64,000 bases of DNA from a virus (taxonomy: Duplodnaviria > Caudoviricetes): positions 39,349 to 103,348 of IMG/VR virus record IMGVR_UViG_3300044693_000261, one strand, 5' to 3'. Under the pieces are notes generated by a model that saw nothing but the letters and a program-made list of their open reading frames with translations, had not been told where the DNA came from and did no database searches. The position numbers and the translations under genes were made by a program. Each line of letters starts with the position of its first letter. Position 1 is the first letter of the stretch. This document shows, piece after piece, positions 8,915 to 17,651 of this stretch.

Positions 8915-9558
8915 CCGACACCACCGTCTCGCTGTCGGCGATCGCCGACGCGCTCGTGCGCCTCGGCGACCACGCGCTGGCGCTGGGCCGCATCGATCGC
9001 ACCTACTGCTACCACCCCGACCGGCGGCGCAAGGAGAACGTCGCCGAGCACACGGTGATGCTGGGCTGGATCGCGCCGGCACTGGCGCAGCAGCTGTTCC
9101 CCGAACTCGACCGTGGCCTGATCGCGCAACTCGCCCTCGTGCACGACGCGGTCGAGATCTACGCGGGCGACACCCCGACGTTGCGCATCACGGCGGCGGA
9201 GCGCCTGGCCAAGGCCGACCGCGAGCGCGCGGCCGCCAACCGGATCCGCGAGGAGTTCCTGGCCACCCTGCCGTGGTTCACCGCGTTGGTCGACGAGTAC
9301 GAGTCGCAGCGCCTGCCGGAGTCCCGCTACGTCAAGGCGGTCGACAAGCTGCTGCCCAAGATCGTGCACCTGCTCGACGGCCTGCACGGCCTGCACGAGC
9401 AGGGCATGGACCGCGCCGAGCTGACCAGGGTGCTGACGCAGCAGGACCTGGACATGCGGGGCTACGCCGGCGAGTACGACGCGCTGTTCGCGATCCGACA
9501 CGAGCTCGTGTCGGCCGTCCTGGGCCATCCCAGCTGGCAGGCTGCCGATCATGCCTGA
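8911..9558 (+). CDS. HD-domain phosphohydrolase (YfbR/5'-deoxynucleotidase-like)
   Basis: ENVAEH, LALVHDAVEIYAGD, VKAVDKL motifs. Confidence 0.88.
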   Translation: MTDTTVSLSAIADALVRLGDHALALGRIDRTYCYHPDRRRKENVAEHTVMLGWIAPALAQQLFPELDRGLIAQLALVHDAVEIYAGDTPTLRITAAERLAKADRERAAANRIREEFLATLPWFTALVDEYESQRLPESRYVKAVDKLLPKIVHLLDGLHGLHEQGMDRAELTRVLTQQDLDMRGYAGEYDALFAIRHELVSAVLGHPSWQAADHA

Positions 9559-9799
9559 ACAGGACTTCGAGACCACACCGTCCGGCTGGACGCTCGTACT
9601 GACCGACTGGTGGAACGCCAGCGCGCGGGTCACCATCACCCTCAAATCCGGGATTCAGTTCACCGGCGACCTGGTCAAGCCGCCGCGCGACGAGGCGAAC
9701 TCGCTGGGCACCGTGACGCTGGTCGACAGCCGCCCGCGTGTCGAGTCCAAGCACACGGTGGCGTTGGCCGAGATCGCCGCGATCACGGCAGCGAAATGA
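9551..9799 (+). CDS. Small protein, possible Sm/Hfq-like fold
   Basis: VTITLKSGIQFTGDL...VALAEIAAI pattern; the fold call is tentative. Confidence 0.6.
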   Translation: MPEQDFETTPSGWTLVLTDWWNASARVTITLKSGIQFTGDLVKPPRDEANSLGTVTLVDSRPRVESKHTVALAEIAAITAAK

Positions 9800-9978
9800 G
9801 GATCCGCCGCTGCGCGTGGTGCGCGGTCGACCTGCGGCCATGGCAGTGGCGGCACTGCCGGCAGTGTCGGCGCGCCCTGCTCGGCGACGCCGGCCTCTAC
9901 CTGCGCGGCGGCGGCCCGCCGTTCCCGTTCGGGTCGCGGCGCAACCAGAAGCAGCCATCCCGGAGGGAGACACGGTGA
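9796..9978 (+). CDS. Small CxxC-CxxC protein
   Basis: CAWC...CRQC; ATGA overlap. Confidence 0.6.
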   Translation: MRIRRCAWCAVDLRPWQWRHCRQCRRALLGDAGLYLRGGGPPFPFGSRRNQKQPSRRETR

Positions 9979-10226
9979 AGATCAGACGCGGCCAGCAGGC
10001 CGGAACGCAGTACACGCCGCACCAGTTCGCCAACAACTGGATCAGCGTCGAGGAAGCCTCGCACGTCTACAACCCGTTGCAGGTCGAACTGGAGACCGAG
10101 AACGAGGTGCAGTGGTTCCTCAACCAGGACGACCCGCGCAACGTCGGCACGTTCTGGGACGAGTGGGAGTTGGACCGCGAACAGCGGATCTTTCGCCGGC
10201 GCGAGCCCGCCAAGGAGTCCGAGTGA
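9975..10226 (+). CDS. Hypothetical protein
   Basis: GGAGGGAG RBS, GTG start. Confidence 0.75.
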   Translation: MKIRRGQQAGTQYTPHQFANNWISVEEASHVYNPLQVELETENEVQWFLNQDDPRNVGTFWDEWELDREQRIFRRREPAKESE

Positions 10227-10816
10227 TCGTCGTCGCCGGTGGCCGAGGGGCCGGGAAGTCGACCAAGCTGGCCGCCTGGGTGCTGAACGGCCATCCGGTG
10301 CGGGTCTGGCCGTACTGGTCGCGGATCGCGGTGGTCAGCAACGCGACGTTGCGCGATCACTTCGTGGTGTCGTTCGGGCTGCCCGAGCACGTCGTCTACA
10401 GCGCCGAGGACTTCCGCGACAAGATGCGCGGCAAGCTGACCGGCAAGATGCGCGAGCAGGTGGAGATCGGCGTGGATGAGCCGGCCATCCTGCTGTCGCA
10501 CGTGCTGCGTCTGCCGGTCGGCCTGCTGGCCACCGAGGCCGATGAGGTCTGGACCACCGCCGGTGCGCTACTGGCCGGTAACGGACAGGGCGCGGACTTC
10601 GAACGCGTCGGCGGCCTCGGTATGGTGCCTGGCCGCGTCGAGCTGTCCACCGGCTCGGCGATCGCCACCGACGGCGACATGCGCGCGATCGAGCACGCCC
10701 GCGAGATGTTCCGCACCGGCGGCCCGCGTGCCGAGCTGGCCCCCGGCCTGTTTCCCACCGCCGAGCCCGGCCATCCCCGATTCGACCGCATCCACGTGGA
10801 AGGAACCCAGTCGTGA
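10223..10816 (+). CDS. Small P-loop NTPase-like protein
   Basis: Walker A GGRGAGKST; Walker B-like IGVDE. Confidence 0.75.
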   Translation: MIVVAGGRGAGKSTKLAAWVLNGHPVRVWPYWSRIAVVSNATLRDHFVVSFGLPEHVVYSAEDFRDKMRGKLTGKMREQVEIGVDEPAILLSHVLRLPVGLLATEADEVWTTAGALLAGNGQGADFERVGGLGMVPGRVELSTGSAIATDGDMRAIEHAREMFRTGGPRAELAPGLFPTAEPGHPRFDRIHVEGTQS

Positions 10817-11244
10817 CCAAACCTGACCGTGAGGCGAGCGTGACCGCCTCGATCCCGCTATCCGTTCCGGAGCCCGATGTCCCCGCTGAGCCCGGCTCGC
10901 CGACCGCCGAGGCCGAGCTGGCTGAGCGGGAGCGCGCCGAGGAGGAGGCCGAGGCGAACTTCTGGTCGTGGTGCGAGGTGGACCGGGCCCGCAAGGTGGC
11001 CGCGATCGTCACCGACTACCACAGCCAATTCGTGCCGGCGCTGGCGCGGGGGCTGCGCGCGGCGGACGCGGCGGCGATCCCACCCGAGCAGATCGCCGAG
11101 CAGATGAGCAGGGTCTTTCAGCACATCCTCGCGGCTCTGGCGGGCGAGCAGGACCCGGTCAAGCTGGGGATCGAGCACAGCCGCGAGACGATCGGGCGCG
11201 TGCACGTCGCGATCACCAGCCCGCCGGGGGGGCTGTCGCGGTGA
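10813..11244 (+). CDS. Hypothetical protein
   Basis: GTGA overlap. Confidence 0.75.
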   Translation: MTKPDREASVTASIPLSVPEPDVPAEPGSPTAEAELAERERAEEEAEANFWSWCEVDRARKVAAIVTDYHSQFVPALARGLRAADAAAIPPEQIAEQMSRVFQHILAALAGEQDPVKLGIEHSRETIGRVHVAITSPPGGLSR

Positions 11245-11528
11245 CCGCGATGCTGACCAGGTCGACCGGGGAGCTGCCCGAGCACGGCACTCGGGCCCGC
11301 TACGACGCGCCGCATCACTGCCACTGCGGCACCTGTCGGCGCGGCAACCGGGAACGGGCGGCCGCCGCCAAGGCCCGGCGGCTGGCCACACGCGAGTGGG
11401 TGGACGCCCCGGGCGGCGGCTACTGGTTCGCGCACTTGGCCAGTAAGCACGACGCCAGCACGTACGCGAACTGGGGCTGTGGGTGTCCCGAGTGCAAAGC
11501 GGATCACTCGGGACGCCTGAAGGCGTGA
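11241..11528 (+). CDS. Protein with two H-x5-Y-xn-CxCxxC Zn modules
   Basis: HGTRARY...CHCGTC and HDASTY...CGCPEC. Confidence 0.75.
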   Translation: MTAMLTRSTGELPEHGTRARYDAPHHCHCGTCRRGNRERAAAAKARRLATREWVDAPGGGYWFAHLASKHDASTYANWGCGCPECKADHSGRLKA

Positions 11529-11539
11529 CGCGTGGGGGC

Positions 11540-11581
11540 TTGTGCCCCTACGCACTCTCTGGTTATGCTGCATGTGTTCCG
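11540..11581 (+). promoter_or_regulatory. Early-class promoter (TTGTGC-N18-TATGCT-N6-GTTCCG)
   Basis: Motif match. Confidence 0.8.
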
Positions 11582-11770
11582 GCGCACGAGAGGTAGCACC
11601 AACGCAGGGACGCTCGACATGGCGAAGCCCCCGACCTGCGGGGGCTTGGAAGTGGCGGCCGTCCTTCGACGACGATCGACCTGGAAGGTTGCCCACAGGG
11701 GGCAACCCATGGACGACCGCCGCGCACATGGTGCCACATCTGGTGTTCCACCCGCCAGCACAGCCAGGGA
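11576..11770 (+). ncRNA. Candidate structured ncRNA or long 5' leader
   Basis: About 200 nt after the promoter with stems AAGCCCCCG/CGGGGGCTT and GGCGGCCGTCC/GGACGACCGCC enclosing GGTTGCCC/GGGCAACC. Confidence 0.4.
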
Positions 11771-11779
11771 GTGGTCTCG

Positions 11780-11899
11780 ATGCAGCGCAACACCAAGGGG
11801 ATCCGCCGCACCGCGCGCAACCGCGCCGATCGGCGACTCGCCGCCAGCCAGCAGGCGATGCTGGTGCTGGCCGCCGAGCTGGCGGGCAACCGCCGCTGA
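11780..11899 (+). CDS. Small basic peptide MQRNTKGIRRTARNRADRRLAASQQAMLVLAAELAGNRR
   Basis: AGGGAG RBS; immediately followed by a terminator hairpin. Confidence 0.55.
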   Translation: MQRNTKGIRRTARNRADRRLAASQQAMLVLAAELAGNRR

Positions 11900-11904
11900 A
11901 CCGC

Positions 11905-11945
11905 GACAACGACCCTGCGCCTCTCCTCGGTGCAGGGTCGTTGTC
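11905..11945 (+). terminator. Hairpin terminator
   Basis: GACAACGACCCTGC / GCAGGGTCGTTGTC 14-bp stem. Confidence 0.7.
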
Positions 11946-11967
11946 CTACATGGAGGAAGGGAACCGC

Positions 11968-12447
11968 ATGGCCGAGCTGAGCTACACCCAACCGCTGGAC
12001 GTCGGCGACATGGTCGCGCTGCTGCACCACGCCGCCGACGTCGACGTGCCGATCGTCGGCATCAGCCGCGTCGACGCCGATCCGTACGTGGTCGGCCCGG
12101 TCATCACGGTGACCATCGGCGAGATCGGCACCATCTCCGAGGACGGCTACCGCACCGACGGCATCAGACCGTTCGTGACCTTTGCCGAACGCCTCGGCGT
12201 GCAGGAAGTGCTGATCACACCGCTACGCGAGGGCTGCTACTGGACGCGCGCGTTCGGCAGCGTCGGCACGATCGCCGTCGAGTTCCAGACCGCCCGCAGC
12301 GACTACCCGCTGCTGCGCGACCTGTTCGAGGCCAACCAACCCATCCCCGAGGAGCAGGACCCGGCCGAGCCGTCGGTCATGCTGCCCCTCGCCCAGCTGG
12401 CGGCCGCGCTCGACGCCGCCACGACCAAGGAGGACACGACCCCGTGA
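11968..12447 (+). CDS. Hypothetical protein
   Basis: GAAGGG RBS, ATG. Confidence 0.8.
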   Translation: MAELSYTQPLDVGDMVALLHHAADVDVPIVGISRVDADPYVVGPVITVTIGEIGTISEDGYRTDGIRPFVTFAERLGVQEVLITPLREGCYWTRAFGSVGTIAVEFQTARSDYPLLRDLFEANQPIPEEQDPAEPSVMLPLAQLAAALDAATTKEDTTP

Positions 12448-12938
12448 CCAAACCCGACTACGTGCACACCGACGAGGACGACGCGCCGGAGGTGCTGATC
12501 ACCGGCGAGCCGGTGACGGAGCAGCCGCCGACCGGCTGCGACTGCGAGGAGTTCATCGCGCGTGGCGCGCATAGCGTGCGCTGCTCGTGGTGGAACATTC
12601 ACGAGCCGGTCAGCCGCGACCGGGACGGCGGCTACGCCGACTTCGCCGACGCGATGACCACCGGCATCGGCCGGCGGGACCCGCGCCTGCTGGCGGTCAA
12701 GGCCGACGCCGGTTGGATGGCCCGATTCCTGTCGATCGGCACCCTCGCGGCGGCGCTGATCAGCCTGTACACGGTCGCGATCTGGGCGGTGCAGCTCGCC
12801 TACGAGGCGAGCCCGTCGGCGTGGCTGGCGGGCCTGCGGCTGTTCCTGGTGCTGTTCGGGTTGCTGCTGGCGGTGGTGGTCGCCCTCGCGGCGGTCCGCT
12901 ACAACCTGCGCCGGCACAGCAGCGCCGGCGGCCGCTGA
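12444..12938 (+). CDS. Membrane protein (2 C-terminal TM segments)
   Basis: AAGGAGG RBS; hydrophobic segments. Confidence 0.8.
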   Translation: MTKPDYVHTDEDDAPEVLITGEPVTEQPPTGCDCEEFIARGAHSVRCSWWNIHEPVSRDRDGGYADFADAMTTGIGRRDPRLLAVKADAGWMARFLSIGTLAAALISLYTVAIWAVQLAYEASPSAWLAGLRLFLVLFGLLLAVVVALAAVRYNLRRHSSAGGR

Positions 12939-12955
12939 ACGGCCCGATCGAAAGC

Positions 12956-12996
12956 TTGTGTCCTAGGACGCTGCCGGTTATGCTCGCAGTGTTCCG
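12956..12996 (+). promoter_or_regulatory. Early-class promoter (TTGTGT-N17-TATGCT-N6-GTTCCG) with GTGTCCTAGGAC
   Basis: Motif match; same palindrome core as 2111. Confidence 0.85.
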
Positions 12997-13017
12997 AGCG
13001 TGAGAAGGAGGGCCGAC

Positions 13018-13605
13018 ATGGTCCCGCAGGACATCGCCGCCTTGGCCGCAGCCTACGGCGCACCCGCTCCGACCCCCGAACCGGCCGTCGACACCCGCGC
13101 CGCCCAGCGTGAGATCGTCGCCGGCGGCGTCGACATCGACAAGATGGTGCAGCTGGACAACCTCAAGCAGCGCAAGCGGGACCACGAGAGCGCGGCCGAC
13201 GCGCTCGGCGAGGAGATCGCCGCGCTGGAGGCCGAACTGCTGGAGCAGTTCGCGCTGTCCGGCGAGCACGACAAGTCGCTGCCGACCGGCCGCCGAGGCT
13301 CGCCCCGCTGCCAGATCTGGGGCTCGCGCCGCCCCGAGGTTACCGACGCCGAGTACTTCGCCGCGTTCGCCGAGGCCGGCGAGGATTGGGCGGTGCTGGT
13401 CCGCGACAGCGTCAACGCGCGGTCGCTGGCCAGCAAGATCAAGGAGCTGGACGAGACCGGCATGGCCGGTGCGCAGCAGCTGGAGGCGCTGCTGCCCGAG
13501 CCGATCCGCCGCGTCATCGCGCCGGTCGAGAAGTGGTCCATCGGCTTCAACAACATCTCCAACGGGAGCAAGGGCAGGCGTCTGCCCCAGCGGACCGGCG
13601 AGTAG
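13018..13605 (+). CDS. Coiled-coil phage replication-region protein
   Basis: AAGGAGG RBS; heptad pattern; first gene of the replication cluster. Confidence 0.8.
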   Translation: MVPQDIAALAAAYGAPAPTPEPAVDTRAAQREIVAGGVDIDKMVQLDNLKQRKRDHESAADALGEEIAALEAELLEQFALSGEHDKSLPTGRRGSPRCQIWGSRRPEVTDAEYFAAFAEAGEDWAVLVRDSVNARSLASKIKELDETGMAGAQQLEALLPEPIRRVIAPVEKWSIGFNNISNGSKGRRLPQRTGE

Positions 13606-13736
13606 GTCTCCGCGCCCGCGTGTCGCGGGAACGGACCCGGCCCCCCCGGTCCTAGCCTGTGGTCTCCGGCTGGGGTGGGCTAAACCCCCTGGGCACCGTG
13701 TACCTGCGGTGTTCGACGACGATCGAAGGAGGCGGC

Positions 13737-14627
13737 GTGACCGACGTCGTGCCGAGCAACACCATCGACGCCATGCACGAGGCGGAGATGATTCAAGCGT
13801 TCGTGGAGAAGTACCCCACCCTCGACCCGAACAACAACCTGATCGAGTTGCTGGAGGACAACATCGGGTCGGCCGAGGAGGGTGGCGGCATCACCTTCTC
13901 CGACCTGGACCGGGTCACCGTCACCCCCGGCGGTACGCCGTCCTGGGTGGTGCCGGATCTGCTGGCCGGCGAAACCATGGTCAAGAAGCTCACCGGCATC
14001 GTCCTGCGGTGGGAGGCGTCCCGTGCGTACTGGGACTCCACCGACCTGTCGGACTCCCCGCCGGACTGCTCCAGCCGCGACGGCGTCACGCCCATCCCGG
14101 GCGGCCTGTACGCCGAGGGTGGTGAACGGGCCGACGAGAACCCGCCGATGCCCTACACCGTGCGCGGCGTCGAGGTGGTCGACCCGGAGACCGGCCAGCC
14201 GGCCCTGCGGGTGTCGTGCGCCAACTGCCCGATGAACCAATTCGGCAGTTCGCTCAAGGGCACTGGCGGCAAGGGCTGCAAGGAGTCCCGACTGCTCTAC
14301 CTGATGCGGCCGGGCGAGTCGCTGCCGACCATCGTCAGCCTGCCGCCGACCTCGATCCGACCGCTGAAGTCCTTCCTGCTCAAGGTCGGCGCGGCCAAGG
14401 GCAAGCGGTACAACCAGATCGAGATCGGGCTGTCGCTCAAGACGGTCACCAAGGGCGGCAACTCCTACGGCGAGGTCGTGCCCAACCTGGAACGCATCCT
14501 GGAGAACTCCGAGGCGGCGCTGGCCGAGGCGGCATCGGAGGAGTTCGCGGGCCTGCTTCAGCGCGCGCCGGTCCCGACGCTCGCGATCGCTTCCGGGGAG
14601 GGCACAACCACCCAGGCCGAGTCGTGA
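13737..14627 (+). CDS. Replication-module protein, possible ssDNA-binding protein
   Basis: PPDCSSRDG...CANCPMNQFGS...GKGCKESR motif, directly upstream of primase; function inferred. Confidence 0.6.
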   Translation: MTDVVPSNTIDAMHEAEMIQAFVEKYPTLDPNNNLIELLEDNIGSAEEGGGITFSDLDRVTVTPGGTPSWVVPDLLAGETMVKKLTGIVLRWEASRAYWDSTDLSDSPPDCSSRDGVTPIPGGLYAEGGERADENPPMPYTVRGVEVVDPETGQPALRVSCANCPMNQFGSSLKGTGGKGCKESRLLYLMRPGESLPTIVSLPPTSIRPLKSFLLKVGAAKGKRYNQIEIGLSLKTVTKGGNSYGEVVPNLERILENSEAALAEAASEEFAGLLQRAPVPTLAIASGEGTTTQAES

Positions 14628-16789
14628 CCCGGGCCGAGCACGCCGGCGAGTTCGCCGCTGCGCTGCTCGGTCCCCACGGCGACAGCCTCGCCGGCCACTT
14701 CGTCACCGTGTGGTCGGTGGAGGGTGATGGCAACCGGACGCGATGGATCCCGGCCGACAAGCCGGAATCCGTCGCGTCCGCCGTCGTCGAGGCGGACGAG
14801 ACAGCAGGCACCCGGGCCGTGTACCTGGGCATCGCGTTGGCCGCCTCCGCAGGAGCGCACAACGAACGCATGGTCGACGACGTCGGCAAGAGACGTGGCG
14901 TGCCCGTCGCGGGTCTGCTGGGCGTCATCGCCGATATCGACATCGCCGGCCCGGGGCACGACGAGAAGCGCGTGCTGCCGCCGGATGAGGCCGCCGCGCG
15001 CCGGGTGATCGATTCGATGGGCCTGCCGCCCACGCTGATCACGCACACCGGTGGCGGGATGCACGCCTACTGGCTGTTCCCCGAGCCGTGGATCTTCGGC
15101 CAGGTCGACATCGACATGTTCGGCAAGCCCGTGGTCGACGCCGACAAGGTCGCCGCCGACCGCGCGGCGGCGGCCGACCTGCTGTGGTCCTGGGTGACAA
15201 CGCTGCGGATCAACGCCCGCAGCATCGGTGGCTGGTGGGTCGACCCGGTGGGCGACCTGACCCGGGTGCTGCGGGTGCCCGGCAGCACCAACCGCAAGGT
15301 CAGCCCGGCGCGGCCGGCGGTCGTGCTGGAGCGCGACGAGGCCAACCGCTACGACAGCGACACGCTGCTGGCGCACGTGGCGGACGCCAAGGTGCTGGAG
15401 CAGTACCGGCTCGCCGGCAAGGAGATCACCGAGGGCCTGCTGGCCGGGGTGGACGTGACGGCGGTGTGGGCGCGGGCGACCTCGCCGGCCTACGCGGCGC
15501 GCGATCACCTGCCGCCGTGGCTGGAGCTGGTGATCGAGCTGGACGCCGACATGGGCGACGGCAAGATCGGCGCGACCTTCGCCGGCAAGCGGCCCGACCT
15601 GCGCGGCGACCCGTCGTCGCTGGACGCCTCACTGGTGCGGCTGCTCGCTGACGCCGAGGTCGAGCCCGAGATGATCTGCGAGGCGGTCATGTGCCGCCGG
15701 CTGCGGACCGGCGAGAAGATCGAGAAAGTGGACCCGCGCACGCGGGTCGACTACCTCAACCGGACCGTCGGTCGGTTCATCGCCGAGTCGCGGATCAAGA
15801 AAGCCAAGCGGGAGGCCACCCTCGCCTCGGCGGCCCACACGCTGGCCGAGGCGACCGCCGAGCCCGAGCCGGAGCCTGAACTAGACGTCGGGCCGACACC
15901 GCTGACCCTGGTCGAGGAGAAGGCGGTCAGCGGCTCGGTCGACGAGGAGCCGATCGAGGACGCACCGTCGGGCGCGCCCGACATCGACCGCGTCGACGAC
16001 GACGGCACGACGCTGGCCGAGCCGGGCAAGCCGACCGAGCAGGAGCAGGCCGCACTGGCCAAGGCGACCTCGCTGTTGGCCTTCCCAGAAGGGTTCACCC
16101 TGTGGCGGGTCGAATGGCGGGAGGGCCGCCGAACCGATCAGATGCGGCTGTGGGTGTACCGATCGGCACAGACCACGCCGCCGCGCGGAATGGAGGAGTG
16201 GAAGCCGAACAGCGCGGTGCCCACCAGGTGGCACCCCAAGGAGTCCTACGAGGAACCCGGCAAGGTCTGCGGGCACCTGCTGCACGACCTGCACCTGGGC
16301 ACTGGTCAGCCGCAGCGGGGATGGCGTGGCGACGGCGTCCCGCTGCTCTACCAGGTGTTGCACGAGGTGAAGGTGGGCACGCCGCGCGGCGCGATCCGAG
16401 CGGCCGTGCGGGACTACCTGGCGGCCAGTCCGCCGATCGATCAGTTCAGCGTCGCCCGCGACGCCGGCCACCCGTGGCTGATCGCCGACACCCCACACAG
16501 TGCGCCGACCGTGGCCGTGCCGGTGCCGGTGCTGCGCCGGCACCTGGCGCAGATGGGCGAGGTATCCGTGCTTTCCCCTGAGGAGGTGGTGACGATGGCC
16601 GCCGCGATGGGCTGCGGCGTCCGTTCGGGCGTCGTGGTCGCCGAAGGCGGGCGGCCAGTGCGGGATGCCCGCACGTGGCTGGTGATCGCGCCGGGACTGT
16701 TGACCGGCGACGAGTGGCAGGACGTTCGGCTGGCTGTGGCGAACTACCGCGACCAGCAATCCGGCGCGCACCTGCGAGCGGTCCCGTGA
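14624..16789 (+). CDS. AEP/RepB'-family DNA primase (prim-pol)
   Basis: IADIDI, THTGGGMHAYW, DLTRVLRVPGSTN motifs; no Walker A in the C-terminus. Confidence 0.85.
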   Translation: MTRAEHAGEFAAALLGPHGDSLAGHFVTVWSVEGDGNRTRWIPADKPESVASAVVEADETAGTRAVYLGIALAASAGAHNERMVDDVGKRRGVPVAGLLGVIADIDIAGPGHDEKRVLPPDEAAARRVIDSMGLPPTLITHTGGGMHAYWLFPEPWIFGQVDIDMFGKPVVDADKVAADRAAAADLLWSWVTTLRINARSIGGWWVDPVGDLTRVLRVPGSTNRKVSPARPAVVLERDEANRYDSDTLLAHVADAKVLEQYRLAGKEITEGLLAGVDVTAVWARATSPAYAARDHLPPWLELVIELDADMGDGKIGATFAGKRPDLRGDPSSLDASLVRLLADAEVEPEMICEAVMCRRLRTGEKIEKVDPRTRVDYLNRTVGRFIAESRIKKAKREATLASAAHTLAEATAEPEPEPELDVGPTPLTLVEEKAVSGSVDEEPIEDAPSGAPDIDRVDDDGTTLAEPGKPTEQEQAALAKATSLLAFPEGFTLWRVEWREGRRTDQMRLWVYRSAQTTPPRGMEEWKPNSAVPTRWHPKESYEEPGKVCGHLLHDLHLGTGQPQRGWRGDGVPLLYQVLHEVKVGTPRGAIRAAVRDYLAASPPIDQFSVARDAGHPWLIADTPHSAPTVAVPVPVLRRHLAQMGEVSVLSPEEVVTMAAAMGCGVRSGVVVAEGGRPVRDARTWLVIAPGLLTGDEWQDVRLAVANYRDQQSGAHLRAVP

Positions 16790-17613
16790 CCGCCATCCCA
16801 ATCGGGGTCGCCGTGCGACCGCCGACCTCGGTGGCCGACAGCGTGCACGCCATGACGGCGCTGCTCGTGCAGGGCCGCATCGGCGGCTGCATCGCCTGTC
16901 ACGGATCGTCGGTGTGGTGGCTGCCGGACGGCTTTACCGACGGTGCGAGCGTGTGCGTGCACCCGCGCTGTGTGCCGACCTTCTACGCCATGGAGGAGTT
17001 CGACGACGCGCCGTCAGTCGGACCGGTCAAGCCGATGGGCGCGTACGCCGCGATGGGCGCGCCGGTCGCGGTCGAGTCGGCGGTGCCGCTGCGGCGCACC
17101 CTCGAATGGGCCTATGACGATCCGCGCCGGTGGATGGTGCGCGTAGAGGGCGTCGTGACCAGCTGGGCCACGCCGTTCGGCAGCGACATCCACGCCGTGG
17201 CGCTGTACGAGCGGATGCGCCTGCTGGCCGAGCGCGGCCTGTCGGCGAACCCGCACTGGCACAACCAGATCGTCGGGGTGGCGCTGCTCGGCCCCGAGGG
17301 CGGCGTGATGGGCTCGTGGATCGCCGACAAGGGGTGTTGGTTCGAGGATGGCAAGGAGCGCTGGCCCAGCCTGAGCCGGCGCGGGGTGTTCACGACCTGC
17401 TCGGCCTGCCGGGCGGTGCGCTGGCCGAGCTGCTGGATGGACGGTCGCGACCGCTGCCTGGACTGCGTGCGCGCCGATGATCCGGCCGACGATCCGCGCC
17501 CGTACTGGCCGGACGATCCCAACCCTCCGCCCGAGTCCGTCTGGCCCGAGCACCTGCGGTCCGCCTACAAGCCGAAGCGGCTCGGTCTGCCGAAGGGGAT
17601 GCGCGGACACTAG
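16786..17613 (+). CDS. Cys-rich hypothetical protein
   Basis: CIAC...CVHPRC; CSAC...CLDC; GTGA overlap. Confidence 0.75.
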   Translation: MTAIPIGVAVRPPTSVADSVHAMTALLVQGRIGGCIACHGSSVWWLPDGFTDGASVCVHPRCVPTFYAMEEFDDAPSVGPVKPMGAYAAMGAPVAVESAVPLRRTLEWAYDDPRRWMVRVEGVVTSWATPFGSDIHAVALYERMRLLAERGLSANPHWHNQIVGVALLGPEGGVMGSWIADKGCWFEDGKERWPSLSRRGVFTTCSACRAVRWPSCWMDGRDRCLDCVRADDPADDPRPYWPDDPNPPPESVWPEHLRSAYKPKRLGLPKGMRGH

Positions 17614-17616
17614 ACT

Positions 17617-17637
17617 GGCTATGCTTTACCTGTTCCG
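17617..17637 (+). promoter_or_regulatory. Early-class promoter core (GGC-TATGCT-N6-GTTCCG)
   Basis: Motif match; -35 poor. Confidence 0.75.
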
Positions 17638-17651
17638 ACGAGAGGAGACCC

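Noticed and set aside
10223-10816. Terminase large subunit (GGRGAGKS)
   Set aside because: About 200 aa, no nuclease domain, located among early genes
11576-11770. tRNA or tmRNA
   Set aside because: No cloverleaf, T-loop consensus or acceptor stem identifiable; kept only as a candidate ncRNA
13699-13716. Further copy of the GTTCCG promoter
   Set aside because: Reads GTTCGA and lacks a TAnnnT hexamer at the 6-nt spacing
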